Assembly: GCF_036321535.1 (NCBI RefSeq)
Contig: NC_087437.1
Location: 100,008,001 to 100,072,000, forward strand
From: Camelus dromedarius
Taxonomy: Eukaryota
Reading direction: 5' to 3'
DNA length: 64,000 nucleotides
The position numbers and the translations under genes are program-made. Position 1 is the first letter of the stretch. The number at the start of each line of letters is the position of its first letter. Below the pieces are notes generated by a model. That model had not been told where the DNA came from and ran no database searches. It saw only the letters and a list, made by a program, of their open reading frames with translations. This document shows positions 1 to 13,691 of the stretch, piece by piece.

Positions 1-99
1 ATGAAATTCAGAGACATGGAAATAAAAGTGGCTCTTAAAAGTGTAAAAGATGTAAAACTTTACATGAAACAAGACAAACATTAAAAGAAAACCGAGACA

Positions 100-1090
100 C
101 CATTTTCTACTATCTGACAATGGGAAAATCTGGACTGTCATTGCTGATGGGAGGGTGACTTTGCTATAACCTTTTTGTATAGGCAATTTTAAGAATCTAT
201 CAAAATTATCATTGCACATACTCTTTGATCCCATTATTCCACTGTAGAAATTTACCTAGTAGGTACCCATGAAAACGACTGTGTGAGTTTTCTGTCGCTG
301 TTGTAACAAAATGCCACAAACTTAAAACACATGCACTTACTATCACAGTTTTGTAGGTCAGAAATCCAACGGGTTAAGCTGGTTTTTGGCTTAGAATCTC
401 ACAGGGCTGAAATCAAATGCTGCCAGGGCTGTGCTCATTCTGGAGGCTTCAGGGAAGAATCTGTTTCCTACTGAGTCAAGTGGTTAAGCTTTTAGCAAAA
501 TCCATTCCTTGGCAGTGGTAGATATGAGATCTCTGTTGTTTTGATTACTGCCATGTGAGGACTGTTACCACCTTCCAGAGGCTGCGCGCATTCCCTGGAT
601 CCTGGCCCCTTTCCTCTATCTTCTCATGCTCCAAATCTCCTCTGCCTCTTCTTCCATCATTGCATCAGTCTGACTCGTTTGCCTTGCTTTTCTGATTTTC
701 AGGACCTATATGATTACATTGAGCCCACGTGGATAATCTGGGATAATCTCTGTATTTTAAGATCTGTAACCATAATTTCATCTGCAAAGTCCCTTTGCCA
801 TGCATCATAACACACACAGGCATAATACTGGAGGGCAAAGATCATGAGTATTAGAATTCTGCCCATCTCAATGACATTCATCCAAAACTATTTACAGCAG
901 CAATGTTTCCACTAGTAAAAAATGAATGAAAACAACCTAAATGCACACCAAAGGGAACCGACTAAATTTTGGAGACTCACACAATGGAATATCATACAGT
1001 TGCAGGTAAACATTGAGGAAGAGCTTTATTTTCTCATATAGAAAGCTCTCCAAGACTTGTTCTTAAGTGGAAAAAAAGGTGTAGAATCCT
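100..1090 (+). mobile_element. Old L1 (L1M/L1ME-type) ORF2 3' end fragment, split by an LTR at 280-870
   Basis: Degenerate L1 motifs 'ttgctgatgggag...ctttgatccc' before the LTR and 'aaacaacctaaatg...cacaatggaatat' after it. Confidence 0.7.
280..870 (-). mobile_element. MLT1 (ERVL-MaLR) solo LTR
   Basis: TG...CA termini; 5-bp TSD acgac (275-279) / atgac (871-875); MLT1 motifs 'tgtaacaaaatgccacaaactt', 'gataatctctgtattttaagatc', 'tctgcaaagtccctttgccatg'. Confidence 0.85.
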
Positions 1091-1927
1091 AGTTTTATAA
1101 ATTACGCTACAGGATATTTTTTCTATGAATGAAAACAAAACAAAGGAAATAAAGATCATATTTTTGTTTGTTAGAAAAGACATTTCAAGTAGAGTAAAAG
1201 ATATATAAATGGCCTATAACTTTCATAGCATGCAATTTAATTTCAGCAAAATTTTTAAAAAATGGTTAAATGAATTTCAGTATGAATCTTTTTTTTTTTT
1301 TTAATAGTTAAGGGGCTTTGGTAAGAGAGGAAAAAAATGGGTCCAAATTAAAGTTAGTCATGGAATTGCATACAAAGAGGGCTGAATATCTTTTGCATAT
1401 TCTAAATACGTGTCTCGTTTTCACTTTCAGTTCTTAAGCATGCTATATGTGAGTGGTCTGCTGCTGTCTACAGATTTAGCAATAACTAAGAAAACTGCAG
1501 AATACTCCTTTAAATTAGATTATCACATTATTCTTTAGATCAAACCAACATTTTTGAGGAAAGCATATTGTAAAGTTGAATTATATTTTTTAAGCCTCAA
1601 GTGCAAAATGATAAATTCAAATTCCAGCCAATGGTACTTCTGACACCTCCAAAATACGTGAGGAATTTTCTATAATCTTTCTCTAAACAAGACTAGGTTT
1701 ACTTTTGTTCTATGTATGTATGAAGGTATGTATTATGTATGCATGAATGTATTTTTGATAACAACAAGATCATGTTTCCTTGTTTCTCTTCTTACTGTCT
1801 TTTTGCCTGTTACATCAATATTTCAGGCTCAATATATCCAAGGTCAGAAAAATATTTCTCTTTCCTATGCTGCCCCAACCCCCAAGTTTATCTCTTTTTC
1901 TGATGTCTCTATTTCTGTTAATATATC

Positions 1928-2312
1928 TGTCTTAGTTTACTAGGTTGCCATTATATCACAAACTGGGTGGCTTAAACAATAGAAATTCATTTTCTCACAG
2001 TTCTGGCAGCTGGACCTCAAGAATCAACGTGCTGGCAATGTTGCTCTCCTATGAGGCCTCTCTCCTTGGCTTGCAGACGGCCGCCCTCTAGCTGCCTCTC
2101 CACATCGTTGTCCCTGTGTTCCAATGCACTCCTGGTCCCTCTCTCTGTGTGTCGCCTAATTTCCTCTTCTTAGAGGACACCAGTTGGGCTGCATTAGAGC
2201 CCACCCTCACACCTTTTTAAAGGCACTATCTCCAAATACAGTCACATTCTGAGATCCTGAGGATTAGGACAGCAACATATGAATTTGGGGAGAACAAAAT
2301 CGAGCCCACAAC
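1928..2312 (-). mobile_element. MLT1A/B/C-like solo LTR
   Basis: 'aactgggtggcttaaacaatagaaattcattttctcacagttctgg' ... 'caaatacagtcacattctgag' ... 'gaatttgggg'. Confidence 0.85.
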
Positions 2313-4036
2313 TACCCCCAAAATGCTAATCACCCAAAACTCAAATTCCTTCTGACTCCTTTCTCTCTCTTCCTCTTGCCATTCAAATATATTTTGCATG
2401 TTACTCTACCCTTTCCCCTACTCTCCTGCACTATTACTATAGGATGCTAACAAACTCTCCAATACTCTGTTACACATTTGTTGCCAAATTTGTCTTTCTA
2501 AAAGTTAGCAGTAATAATGCCACATCGATTCAAAACCCCATAGTGACTCCTAAATTGTTACCTAAGAATTGCTACTTAGACTGCTGTTTAAGGGTGTCCT
2601 TGGACTGCCTTTCTTTCCCAAGTCTCCAGTATTTGGTTCCCATGACTCTCCATGGAATCTTTTGTCTCTAGAACAGTATATTTTATATTGTAGTTAAAAA
2701 AAAAAAAACTATTGTGAATCATAAAACTAATTTTAACCAACATTTGAGAAACCAAAGAATAGAATGGAATGGAATATATCAAAAGAATATTACAAAGAAT
2801 ATCTAAACATCCATACATGTTATAAAGTTTTAGTTCAGACTCTGTATTTTTTTTTCCCATTGAGCTATTCCTTGGGACTTTACTGAGCTTTTTATTTTAT
2901 GCCTTTCTTTGAATATTTTCAAGAAGATACTATTACTTTATAGATAATTAGGTTGTACAACATATGAATATAAATTACACAGATCTCCCCAAGCAATAAT
3001 TGAATTTCATGCACACAAGTACCTGCTTTCAGAAATCTTTCCTCTGACTACTGACTGGCAGGTGGGTTCAGAACCTGTGAGTGTGCCACATGGCAACTGT
3101 GCACAGCAGCATGACAGCAGTAAAAGCATTAAGAACACCACATTTCTCAGCATTTATTAGATTTCAAAACCTCCTAAGCACCCATCACTGGGCAATTTTT
3201 AATTTAACACTGAGTGGACCTGAGCTATTAGACATGTACAAGTGTTGCTTGGAGGTGCTTTAAAAGATTTGTGTTGGTTAATCATCACCAGAGCCAGAGT
3301 GCTACAAACCAAGGACAAAATGAAACCTAGGAGTGACACCCTTCCTGAATACTGGGAACAGAAGTGAAGCCTGAGTGTTACAGCAAATGGTGGGATGGAA
3401 GGCCCTCTCTGGCAAGACAAAGTAAGAACATAACAAATTCCCCCAGGTCCAGAGAAAGGAGGGTCATGGAGAGCAGCAATTTATTTCCAAGGTGCTTTAC
3501 TTTTCAAAGTAAATAGAAAATTAAAGTAATGTCATATAATTAAAACTAATTTTAAATGATTGCATCTATCCAACAATACTGCAGAGTAGCCTTTGATTGT
3601 CCCAGGAATAAGGTAGACTGAGATGGGTCATCTGTCTCCTGGCAGTCCTTGCTCTGTGTATATTTCATGTGACACTAAAGAGATCATGAAGACAGGGAAG
3701 GGTTGGTCTCATACAAATCAAAACATGGGCATGCTTTTTCTTTTCTTTTTCAAAATACATAGAAATGTTGGATGAGGAATTAAATCTAGTCCAAGCCACC
3801 CACAGATGGTCATCTGGACTTTGGTGGAATTGAACGTGCTAGCCAGGCAAGATCCGTGCTTGGAAGAAAACATTCAGAGCAGAAGGTAATAAAACGGATA
3901 CACTTCAAATCACAGAAAAATAGATATATTGTGTTCATTCTTGTCAACACAGTTAAAAGACTCATGCTTAAATATCTATTATTTTTCTTTATTTTAAACA
4001 TGCCTCTAAGATCTTGCTTTTAATTTCCACTTCAGA

Positions 4037-4262
4037 TCAGTGGTTCTCAAATGCCTAAGAGTCACCTGGAGAGTTCGTCAAAAATGCATACTTCAAGGCC
4101 ATACTCCAGGGGATTCTGAATAAAAGGCTTGGGATGGCAACCTGGAATCTACTTTTTTAAACTTGCTCCCTTGCCCTGCCTGGATATTCCTGCCACCAAC
4201 CAAGGATTTTTATATCAAATGTGGTGCACAGATAGGTCATATTTTCAGAAGTATCACGGTAG
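4037..4262. mobile_element. MER5A-like hAT-Charlie MITE
   Basis: Starts 'cagtggttctcaaa'; contains 'gagtcacctggagag' and 'cctggaatctactttttaaac'. Confidence 0.7.
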
Positions 4263-4602
4263 ATGCTGCTTAATTCCACCCCTGATGTACCTCTCTTAGT
4301 TATACAACCAATTTAAGCTGTTTACCAGACGTGGATATACTCCACCCAGACCAGGAAGAATAACTGGCACCTAAATTGTATGACCTAAAAGGCACCAAAA
4401 TTTCCACCATGGCTAACAACTGTTTTCTCGCTGGCCAGTCAATTCTCTTGCTATCTGGTCTGACTATTCCTTAATAACAATAATTAAAGGGCTATGCCAC
4501 GATATTGGATATTACCTTCAGAAGGTCACAATTTATCTTCCTGTATCAATTTGGAGCAGTCTGCTAATCCTTATGCAACAGTCATCCCTTACTATATTAT
4601 TC

Positions 4603-4770
4603 AGCATATTTTTCAAACCATCTGCATCAGAGTCACTGGGGAGAGTTGTTAAAACTAAAGATTTTTGGTACCTATTTAGACCTACTCAGTCAGAAACTCC
4701 CAGTCATGACCCAAGTATCTTTACTTGAGAATTTTTAACAACCCCCTCGACTTTCTTGTGCACCACTGCC
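4603..4770. mobile_element. MER5-family hAT MITE, degraded
   Basis: 'tgcatcagagtcactggggagagttgttaaaa' and 'agacctactcagtcagaaactc'. Confidence 0.6.
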
Positions 4771-7539
4771 AGTTGCCTTCTGTGGAAGATTCAGAAGATA
4801 AATAAATTGCAATTTGTTTTTAGCTGTTCTTTCTACAACTTTGGAGCTAATTCACGGCACTAAGATAGTGGGAAGTGGAATGAAGGGGGATGGGGGAAGG
4901 GGAAACAGGTTCAATCTAAGGGAGATTCCAAAGGAGAAGCCTGAATGTGAGGACATTACTGGCAGAAATAATCTCCTAATTTCACAGTTTTGCTATCATA
5001 CCCAAGTGGGCTTTTAGTCCTACTTTCTTGAGGTGAAGGGGGCAAAATGTCTCCCAAAAAGAACTCCCCATCATACGTCAGTACTGAAAATAAAATCTTC
5101 ACTGTAGCTGTGGTCTCTTGGGATGATGTAGACAGGACAGAAACAAGTCGGTTCTGTAGAACTTGAAAGATTTGATTAACCTGACCTCGAATATATGACA
5201 CTATTATCATGAATTTAAGCAAAAAAAAAAAAAAATCTTAAGCAGAACTTAAAGGAATTAACTCTGAGCAAGGTGTATGGCAGTGCACCAGCCCCACTAC
5301 ATGAGAGCTTTATTCCCAAAAGCCAGGCCGCTGCCCCCGCCCCAGCCTGGGACTAAGCAGGCCCTGTGCTTTGGAGTGCCGTCCTTGGAGTTTGCTAATC
5401 TCCCTCCTGTGCTTGGGTTGACAGTGCTTTCCCAGTGGGGCCACTGAGCCTCACTCCTCAGTGGAGCACTTTCCAATCCTCTAACCAGCGGGTGAGGTAG
5501 ATGTCACAAGGACTTGTCCCATTGCTCTATCCCCAAACTCCATCCAGGCCTCAGTTCCAGGAGTAACGCTTGGTAAATAGATCACTCTTACTAAGCAGGG
5601 TAGTGTGTTTTGTCTTGTTTAGTTTTTGTTTGTTGCAGTGGTTTGCGTGAAACTGATGAGCCTGAATCGTACTGACACCCAGAGCTTGAGTTACCACAGC
5701 TCACGTTGTCAGGCCCAGAAGAGCTCAGGGTTCAGAGCTCATAAACATCTCCATTCTGACTGCAGTGCAGCCTCCAGTCCACGGCTCCCACGGGCATCTG
5801 GGCCGACAGCAGACATCCTTTGTCCTACGCACTCCTGGCCACTGTCGCTTGGAACAGCCACCCCCGCCCCTCTGAGGCTCCACAACACATCCCAGGCAGT
5901 CCTCCAGGAACTGCCACCTCCTGTCTAGCTTATGATGTCGTTTTTCTTCGAAGATAGATGGATAGATAATTTGAAGTTTGTAAGTACTCTATTATAGTTT
6001 TAGTAAATATTTCTATGTATTTTGTCAAAAAAAAAAAAAACCCAACTGTTAGGCTGGACAGTTTGTGTTTTATCTCATCACAATTACCTGTACGTGAGGA
6101 ATACAGAACTGCTAAAGTCACTGATTTAGTGAAAGCCATTAATTTGGCAAAATGCTCCGGAGAAATCAATCAGTCTGGAGAAGGTCGGGCCTTTAGACCC
6201 AAACCCTTTGTGTCAACACACAAATAAAGAAAAAGCTTCTTCCTGTGTCTCTTGTTTTCTCAGACATAACCTCCAGCCTAATTCCACCACCTAAATTTTG
6301 CTCTCACATCCTCTGTGGTCTCCTGTCTTCTCAACCCTTTACCTTTCTGCTCCCATTAAACTCTAATGTCTGCATCTGGTCGGAGTAAAAAACAAATGGT
6401 ACTCAACAGAGACCTAGATAACCAATAAGTCAAGGTCAGTAGTCCCAGAGAAAGCCCCTTCATGTTTCTCCTTGTAAGAATAAGGCAGGTGGAAAAAAAA
6501 AAAAAAGTAGATTTCACAAAATGGGAAATGGAAAACATATTGTATGCATTTAAAATGAGTGATTTGAATATAAAGAAAATCCCTTTCTCCCTCAGTTCAC
6601 TCTTCTCTACCACAAAGGCATGAAACTTTAGAAGGAGTCAAGAGGGTTGTAAGACATGAGAAAGTTTTCAACTCTTCCAAATCATTATCCATATGTGGAT
6701 TTTAAAAAACCATTACTCCTATGAGATTGTTTTTAATTTCTAAGGCTCCACAGGGCATTCTTTGGTCTTATATCCTGTATTCCTCCTTTGTCTGGATGTT
6801 ATAAAGCAGTACAGCAACTCCATAATTCATTCTGATGAATAACTTTATTTTCTCGGGAATATGATCTTCATCTCAGAAGGACTAGATGTACCATTTGACA
6901 CAAAGGTCACCACTGCTGTATTGCTTACGAATTGCGATTTTTTAATAGCCCTCCTGCCTTCCTCTTCACACCCACCACCCATATGTGCCTAGCCTGAAAA
7001 GACCTGTTCTCTGGCATGTTGAATGTAAAACACTAGAGTTTTTGTTTAAATGAAAACCATTTTCAACGAATCCTCTCAGATCGATTAATAAGTATGGAAA
7101 CTTGAGGGGAGCTGTAACTTATTACTGCTCTTAAGTTGCTCATTTGGAAACGTAATATTATCGAATGTATTTTCAATTTATCATATCCTATGATAAAATA
7201 TTTTAGACTAAAATTTCCTGTTCATAAAAGATGGCCAATTTTCAAATATGGACCAAGAATCTCTAAAATAAGTCAGCAAGATGTGATGGCCATAAAGAAG
7301 AAAAACTGTCATCTCTGCTCTGCCCTGTGTAATTGAACTCTGTGAGATACTACACTCTCACAAAATATAATAATAATCAATAAATAATTATTTTAAAAAT
7401 TGCATCTAGACTGGCCTATCATTTTGCACATTCAAAGATCTACAGAAGTCAAGTTGACATGAAGCGATGAGTAGAGGAGAGAACACATGCTCCATCTCAC
7501 TGAGTAGCCACTGTCGACGCCCACCAATATTTGCCATGT

Positions 7540-7728
7540 AGCAATGTGGCCGTTGATTAGCCAGTTTTCTAGCTTTTCCACAATGCAACATCAGATTTCA
7601 TATGTGAAATCTATCAAGATATAAAATTGGTCATTAACTCAATTAAAAAAAAAACACTCTATGAACTAAACCAAAAACATTTGCAGATCAGATGTGGCTC
7701 CAAGTCATCAGTTTACAAGCTCTAATCT
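7540..7728. mobile_element. MER102-like hAT-Charlie fragment
   Basis: End 'aaaccaaaaacatttgcagatcagatgtggctcc...ccagtttacaagctct'-type sequence resembling the recalled MER102 terminus. Confidence 0.45.
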
Positions 7729-8839
7729 GCGTTAATGACTCTAACCTTGCTTATTTCCAGCATCATTTAACATACATCCCTCCATCTGCCTGCTTCCCCT
7801 TCCATTTATTTCCTGCAGTGTGATGGGCTCCTTATTACTCTGTTTCCCAGTAAATACCTCTGAACCTACAGAAATAAACTTCTCTAAGCACATAATCATG
7901 ATGCAAAGACAAGATATAAGCCCTGGTGTAAATCCATATGTACAGAAGCATACAATTTTGTGAGGCTGTAAAAAGACAGATAAATACACAATTGAAAGAA
8001 AACATACCAAAATGTCTCCAGTGCGTACCTCTGGATAGTGAGAAGATGGGTAAAAAAATTTTTAACAAATATCTATGTTTTGGGCAATAAATGTATATTA
8101 TGTATATATCCATTGAGTTTTCAGAGTTACACTTCTTCTAGAGGTAAAGGAATGGAGATGTATGGGAAGAAAGAAATTAGGGGAAACCATATTTTTCCCC
8201 CAAAAAGTTTGAGAAGATTGACTGTGTTTGTGCCTTTTCAAAGACAATTTATCTCACCCGCTTTTTAGAGTTATAAATGTTGTAAGGATAAAAACTAATT
8301 TTTACCAACAAATAAATGCCCAGGTCAGTTCATTTTTTAAGGGGTCACTACACATTGGTCGCCAAACCTGTCCCATCCTGGTACCATAAAAGGGAGAGGT
8401 TAAGAGTCTGCCCAGCTCCATCTTTATAATGTACCGCATGACCTCTGAGACCCCACATATCACAGTGCTCTCCTCAAGGACCACTTTTCTCCTCTATATG
8501 TACAGTTCACTTAGACAAGTGGGGGGAAATGTGATTTGGGTGAAAATTCTCAAAAGAGAACCCCCCATAGAGTGGACAGACCCATCTTGCAAAAACATGC
8601 ATGCACCTTTGTTCTTCCTAAGATCAAATGCCCAGATCTTTGTAAAAATAATGTTATCATAGGCATTTTAGAATATTTTAAAATAAATTAAGGCACACAG
8701 AGACATGCAAATAATTAGGCACATAAGTTACATTGCATTTTCAGGTTTACTGAGTGTATTTTAAATTTTGCTTCTCTTTAAAATTTACCCTTTACTTTTC
8801 TTTCAAGATAATCTCTCCTACGTTCCTTTCACATATTCT

Positions 8840-10637
8840 CTTCTATCTGAGACACAATGTTACAATTTGGCCAATTAATAACTTCACAAACGGCCTCCAA
8901 GTGTTCAAGTGTAAGAAACATACACACGTCTCTCACTTTCAATCAAAAGTCAGAAATGACTAAGCTTAGTGAGGAAGGCATGTCCAAAGCCAACATGGGC
9001 TGAAAACAAGACCTCTTGTGCCAAACACTTAGCCAAGTTGTGAAGGCAAAGGAAAAGCTCCTGAAGGAAATTCAAAGTGCTGTTCCACTGAACACATGGA
9101 TGATAAGAAAGTGAAAAAGCCTTACTGCTGATATGGGAAAAGTTTTAGGGTCTGGATAGAAGATCAAGCCAGCCACAATATTCCCTTAAGCCTAAACCTA
9201 ACTCAGAGTAAGGCCCTAACTCTCTTTAATCCTCTGAAGGCCGAGAGAAGTGAGGAAGCTGTAGAAGAAAAGTTTAAAGCTGGCAGAATTTGGTTTATGT
9301 GGTTTAAGAAAAGAAGCCATCTCCATAACGTAAAAATGCAAGGTGAAGCAGCAAGTGCTGATGTAGAAGCTGCAGCAAGTTCTCCAGAAAATCTAGCTCA
9401 GATCATTAATGAAGGTGGTTACAACAAACAACAGATTTTTATTGTAGGTGAAACAGCCTTATATTGGAAGATACTGTCTTGGACTTTCATAGCTAGAGAG
9501 GAGAAGTCAATGATTGGCTACAAAGCTTCAAAGAACAGGCTGACTCTCTTGATAGGGGATAATGTGGGCTTTATTTGAGTTAAAGCCAGTGCTCATTTAT
9601 AATTCTGACAATCCTAAGACTCTTAAGAATTATGCTAACTCTGTTCTGCCTGTGCTCTTTTAATGGACCAACAAAGCCTGGATAACAACCCATCTGTTTA
9701 CAATATGGTTTACTGAATATTTTAAGCCAAGTATTGAGACCTACTATTCAGAAAAAAGACTCCTTTCAAAATATGAATGCTCACGGACAACACATCTGGT
9801 CACTCAAGAGCTCTGATGGAGATTTACAATGAGATTAATGTTGTTTTCATGCCTGCTAACACACCATTCTGTAGCCCATGGATCAAGAATTCATCTCAAC
9901 TTTCAAGTCTTATTATTTAAAAATACATTTAGTAAGGCTAGAGCTGCTATGGATAGTGAGTCCTCTGATGGATCTCAGCAAAGTAAACTGAAAATCTTCC
10001 GGGAAGGATTCGCCACTCTAGATGCCATTAAGGATATTTGTGATTCATGGGAAGAAGTGAACAAGTTTGAGGTGTTCAAGATTTCAGTGAAGGAAGTAAC
10101 TGCAGATGTGGTGGAAATAGCAAGAGAGTAAGAATTAGAAATGGAGCCTAAAGATGTGACTGAATTGCTGCAATCTCATGATTAAACTCTAACGGATGAG
10201 GAGTTGCTTCTCATGGATGAGCAAAGAAAGTGGTTTCTTGAGATGGAATCTAGTCCTGGTGAAGGTGGTGTGAAGACTGCTGAAATGAGAACAAAGGATT
10301 TAAAATACTAAATAAACAGTTGATAAAGCAACACCGGGTTTGAGAGGATGACTCCAATTTTGAAAGAAGTTCTACTGTGGGTAAAATGCTATCAAACATC
10401 ATACATGCTACAGAGAAACTGTTCATGAAGTGAAGAGTAATTGATGTGGCAAATTTCACTGTAGTCTTATTTTAAGAAATCATCACAGACACCTCAGCCT
10501 TCAGCAAATACCATCCTGATCAGTCAGCAGCCATCAACATTGAGGCAAGACCCTCCACCAGCAGAAGGATGACAATTCACTGAAGACTCAGATGATGGTT
10601 AGCAATTTTTAGCAATATAGTTTTTTTAATTAAGGTG

Positions 10638-10687
<50 letters not shown>

Positions 10688-10849
10688 GTGTTTTTATATA
10701 TAATGCTATTACAAGTTGAACAGACTACAGTAAACATAACTTTTATATTCATTGAGAAACCTAACAATTTGTGTGACTTGCTTTATTGTGACATTTGCTT
10801 TATTGCAATGGTCTGGAACCAAACCCACAATATCTCCAAGGCATGCCTA
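8840..10849 (+). mobile_element. Tigger1 (TcMar-Tigger) DNA transposon fossil with a disrupted transposase; 5' end missing
   Basis: 'aagcttagtgaggaaggcatgtccaaagc'; ORF remnants 9297-9578 (FKKRSHLHNVKMQGEAASAD) and 9829-10131; 3' terminus 'atatctccaaggcatgccta' followed by TA; many stops and frameshifts. Confidence 0.95.
10638..10687. repeat. Interrupted (TA)n microsatellite inside Tigger1
   Basis: Directly visible. Confidence 0.9.
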
Positions 10850-12569
10850 TATTTTAGTGTCCTAATAGCATAAACTTGACTAAATGGAAGTACACATTTG
10901 ATGTTGAACACAGTATTTATAGGCCATAAACAAGTTAGAGTCTCACATTTCCAGAAAAATAATAATGATGACTTCAAGTAAGCCAAATTTCCTGATTTCT
11001 AAGATGGTAAATTCTTTCTAGGAAGAAATTGCATAACATAAGCTCCCACTGCTGCTTGCTTTTCTAAATCTTCTGGAATGTACAGAGGTAAGAACCCAAA
11101 AGCATCTGAATGACTTTTCTTTTTCTTTCTTTTTTTTTTTTTTTTTTGAGTTTTTTCTCTTTGTCTGGGTTTCTTCTGTACTATACAGATATTCCCTTAC
11201 CATCAACCATCCACCACCTCCCATTCTTCCTTTTTTCTCCCCATTTTTTTCCTCATTCTCCTCCTCCTCCTCCCCAGCTGTCTTCCTTTTCAATTTCCTT
11301 GAAGTTTGCTTCATGTCTCTCAGAAAGTCAGCATCAGAATCAAGGGGAAAAGATCTGGTTCCATGACCCTGAGGCTGGTGCTGTCCAAGTGCACTTTATA
11401 ATTTGGAGCTTGGCTGGTGCATGAGGAATAAACCCAAATTACTAACACGCCATCTTAAGAGCTTCATGATTTCAGTTTGGGTTTTTGTTTATTTGTTTTA
11501 GAAGGGATTTTCAGCTCTTTAACACTTTGTCTTACTCTCATTTTGTCTTTTTACCCCCTTATACAATTTAGTTATTGTTTGTAGATAGTTGATATCACAT
11601 GATTTAAATTAAACTTAATTTACGGTGACTGAGAGGGTTTTCAATTTTAGAAAATGGAAAGGCCTCTGGGTAAATGCCAGCCCCTTCTCTCTGTGCCCAC
11701 ACAAACCTATTCATCCAGCACAAAGCTGCAGTAATAGATTCTGATATGGGCTGCAAAGAAGTGAGGGATTTTTCCAAATAAAACTCCCTTTTATTATTTT
11801 TTAGGCCTCTCTAAATAGTCCAAGTATATTTCCTTAAATTAATCTGTAAAGTGCCTCTTTAAATGACTAACAATTCTCATTTCAACTGTTGTGGTGTAAA
11901 ATTTAAATGCAATTAAACACAAAGAAATTGCTTTCTTCCTTTGTACCTGATAATGACAAGGTCATAAGCTTCCCTAAATCTATATTCTTGGCTTAGCCAT
12001 TTGTGATATAGTTTATTGTGTGTATTAAGTGCTTTTTAGTGAAATTGCTTGTAATATTAAGAAAATGTTCTGTTCTCTAGAGGTAAAATGGTCTCTAGAG
12101 GTAAAATGGTAGCAATTCAGAGCTTTACCCAAAAGCTTTTGGAAAATAAATGTTCCAACTTGGTTGTGGTTACATGAATTAGTTGTAGAGCTATCTGAAT
12201 ACTTGACCCCTACAAGTTACTCTCTACATTTCTGGATTATCAAAACAGAGCCACAAGGTACAACTCTGTCTTCCTGAGAGGAGGTCTTAATTAGGAGTAC
12301 TAGATATTTTGTTTATTTCCATATTTATTCCCTTATGTAACACACGGAATCTGCTTGTGTTTTGGTTAAGTTAGGAAGAAAAAGTCACAAAGAAGTAGGT
12401 TGTCATAACCAAGTCAACCGGGGCTGAAGAACAGTATTCACTTTAATGACTAATTAAATGGCAATTCTTAAAAACATGCCAAATAATTCAACAGAAAAAG
12501 TGAGGCTGAATCAAATGGCTTGAAAATTAGAATTTATGTGTTTTGAATGTTTTTCCTCCTGTAACTGGA

Positions 12570-12715
12570 AATGACTTTGGAGATGATCTAGTGCAGACAC
12601 TTCACTTTGTACTGGCTGAAATCCAGAGAGGATAAAACGACTCACCTGCCACCCCAAGCCAATTTATAGCCTGAAAATTCTTACAGCAAGGTCTGTTTTT
12701 CCCAGTAGCCTCTGC
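12570..12715 (-). mobile_element. MIR SINE, degraded
   Basis: 'gactttggagatgatctagtgcag...ctgaaatccagagaggataaacgactcacc'. Confidence 0.55.
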
Positions 12716-12796
12716 AATAACATCTTAACATTCTTCAGTAGATACTGTTTGGACTGGATAATATGTTCAGGATGGTTTTAAAACTTGGCCACTTTG

Positions 12797-13691
12797 TGGC
12801 CAACAGGCACATGAAAAAATGCTCAATATTGCTAATTAGCAGAGAAATGCAAGTCAAAACTACAGTGAGGTGTTGCCTCACACCAGTCACACCAGTCAGA
12901 ATGGCCATCATTTAAAAGTCCACAAATGATAAACCTGGAGAGGGTGTAGAGAAAAGGGAACCCTCCTGCACTGCTGGTGGGAATATAATTTGGTGCAGCC
13001 ATTGTGAAAAACAGTATGGAGATTCCTTAAAAAATTAAAAATAGATTTAATATATGATCCAGCAGTCTCATTCCTGGGCACATATTAGAAGAAAACTCTA
13101 ATTTGAAAAGATACATGCATCCCGATGTCCACAGCAGTACTATTTACAATAGCCAAGACATGGAAACAACCTAAATGTCCATTGACAGATGACTGGATAA
13201 AGAAGTTGTGGTATATTTATACAATGGAATACTACTCGGCCATAAAAAGGAATAAAATAATGCCATTTGCAGCAACATGGATGGACCTGGAGATTGTCAT
13301 TCTAAGTGAAGTAAGCCAGAAAGGGAAAGAAAAGTACCATAAGGTATCACTTATAGGTGAAATATTTTAAAAAATGAGACAAATGAACTTATTTATGAAA
13401 CGGAAATAGACTCACAGACATAGAGAAATTGTGGTTACTGGGGGGAAAGGTGGGGGGACAGAGGGATAAATTGGGAGTTTAGGATTTATTGATACTAACT
13501 ACTATATATAAAATAGATAATCAGCAAGTTTCCACTATATAGCATAAGGAACTATATTCAATACCTTGTAATAGCCTATAATGAAAAAGAATATGAAAAA
13601 GAATATAAATATGTGTATAACTAAATCACTATACTGTACACCAGAAATTAACACAACATTGTAAACCAACTATACTTCAATTTTTTTTTAA
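12797..13691 (+). mobile_element. 5'-truncated L1 (ORF2 C-terminus plus 3' UTR)
   Basis: ORF 13125-13370 ([10 protein letters not shown]...MEYYSAIK); L1 3' UTR; TSD ttggccactttg (12785-12796) / ttggccattttg (13692-13703). Confidence 0.95.

Noticed and set aside
8840..10849. Domesticated Tigger transposase (TIGD1-like gene)
   Set aside because: Multiple stops, frameshifts and an internal deletion; fossil copy
11018..11424. Overlapping ORFs of 98 and 104 aa
   Set aside because: Arise from a poly(T) and pyrimidine-rich low-complexity tract
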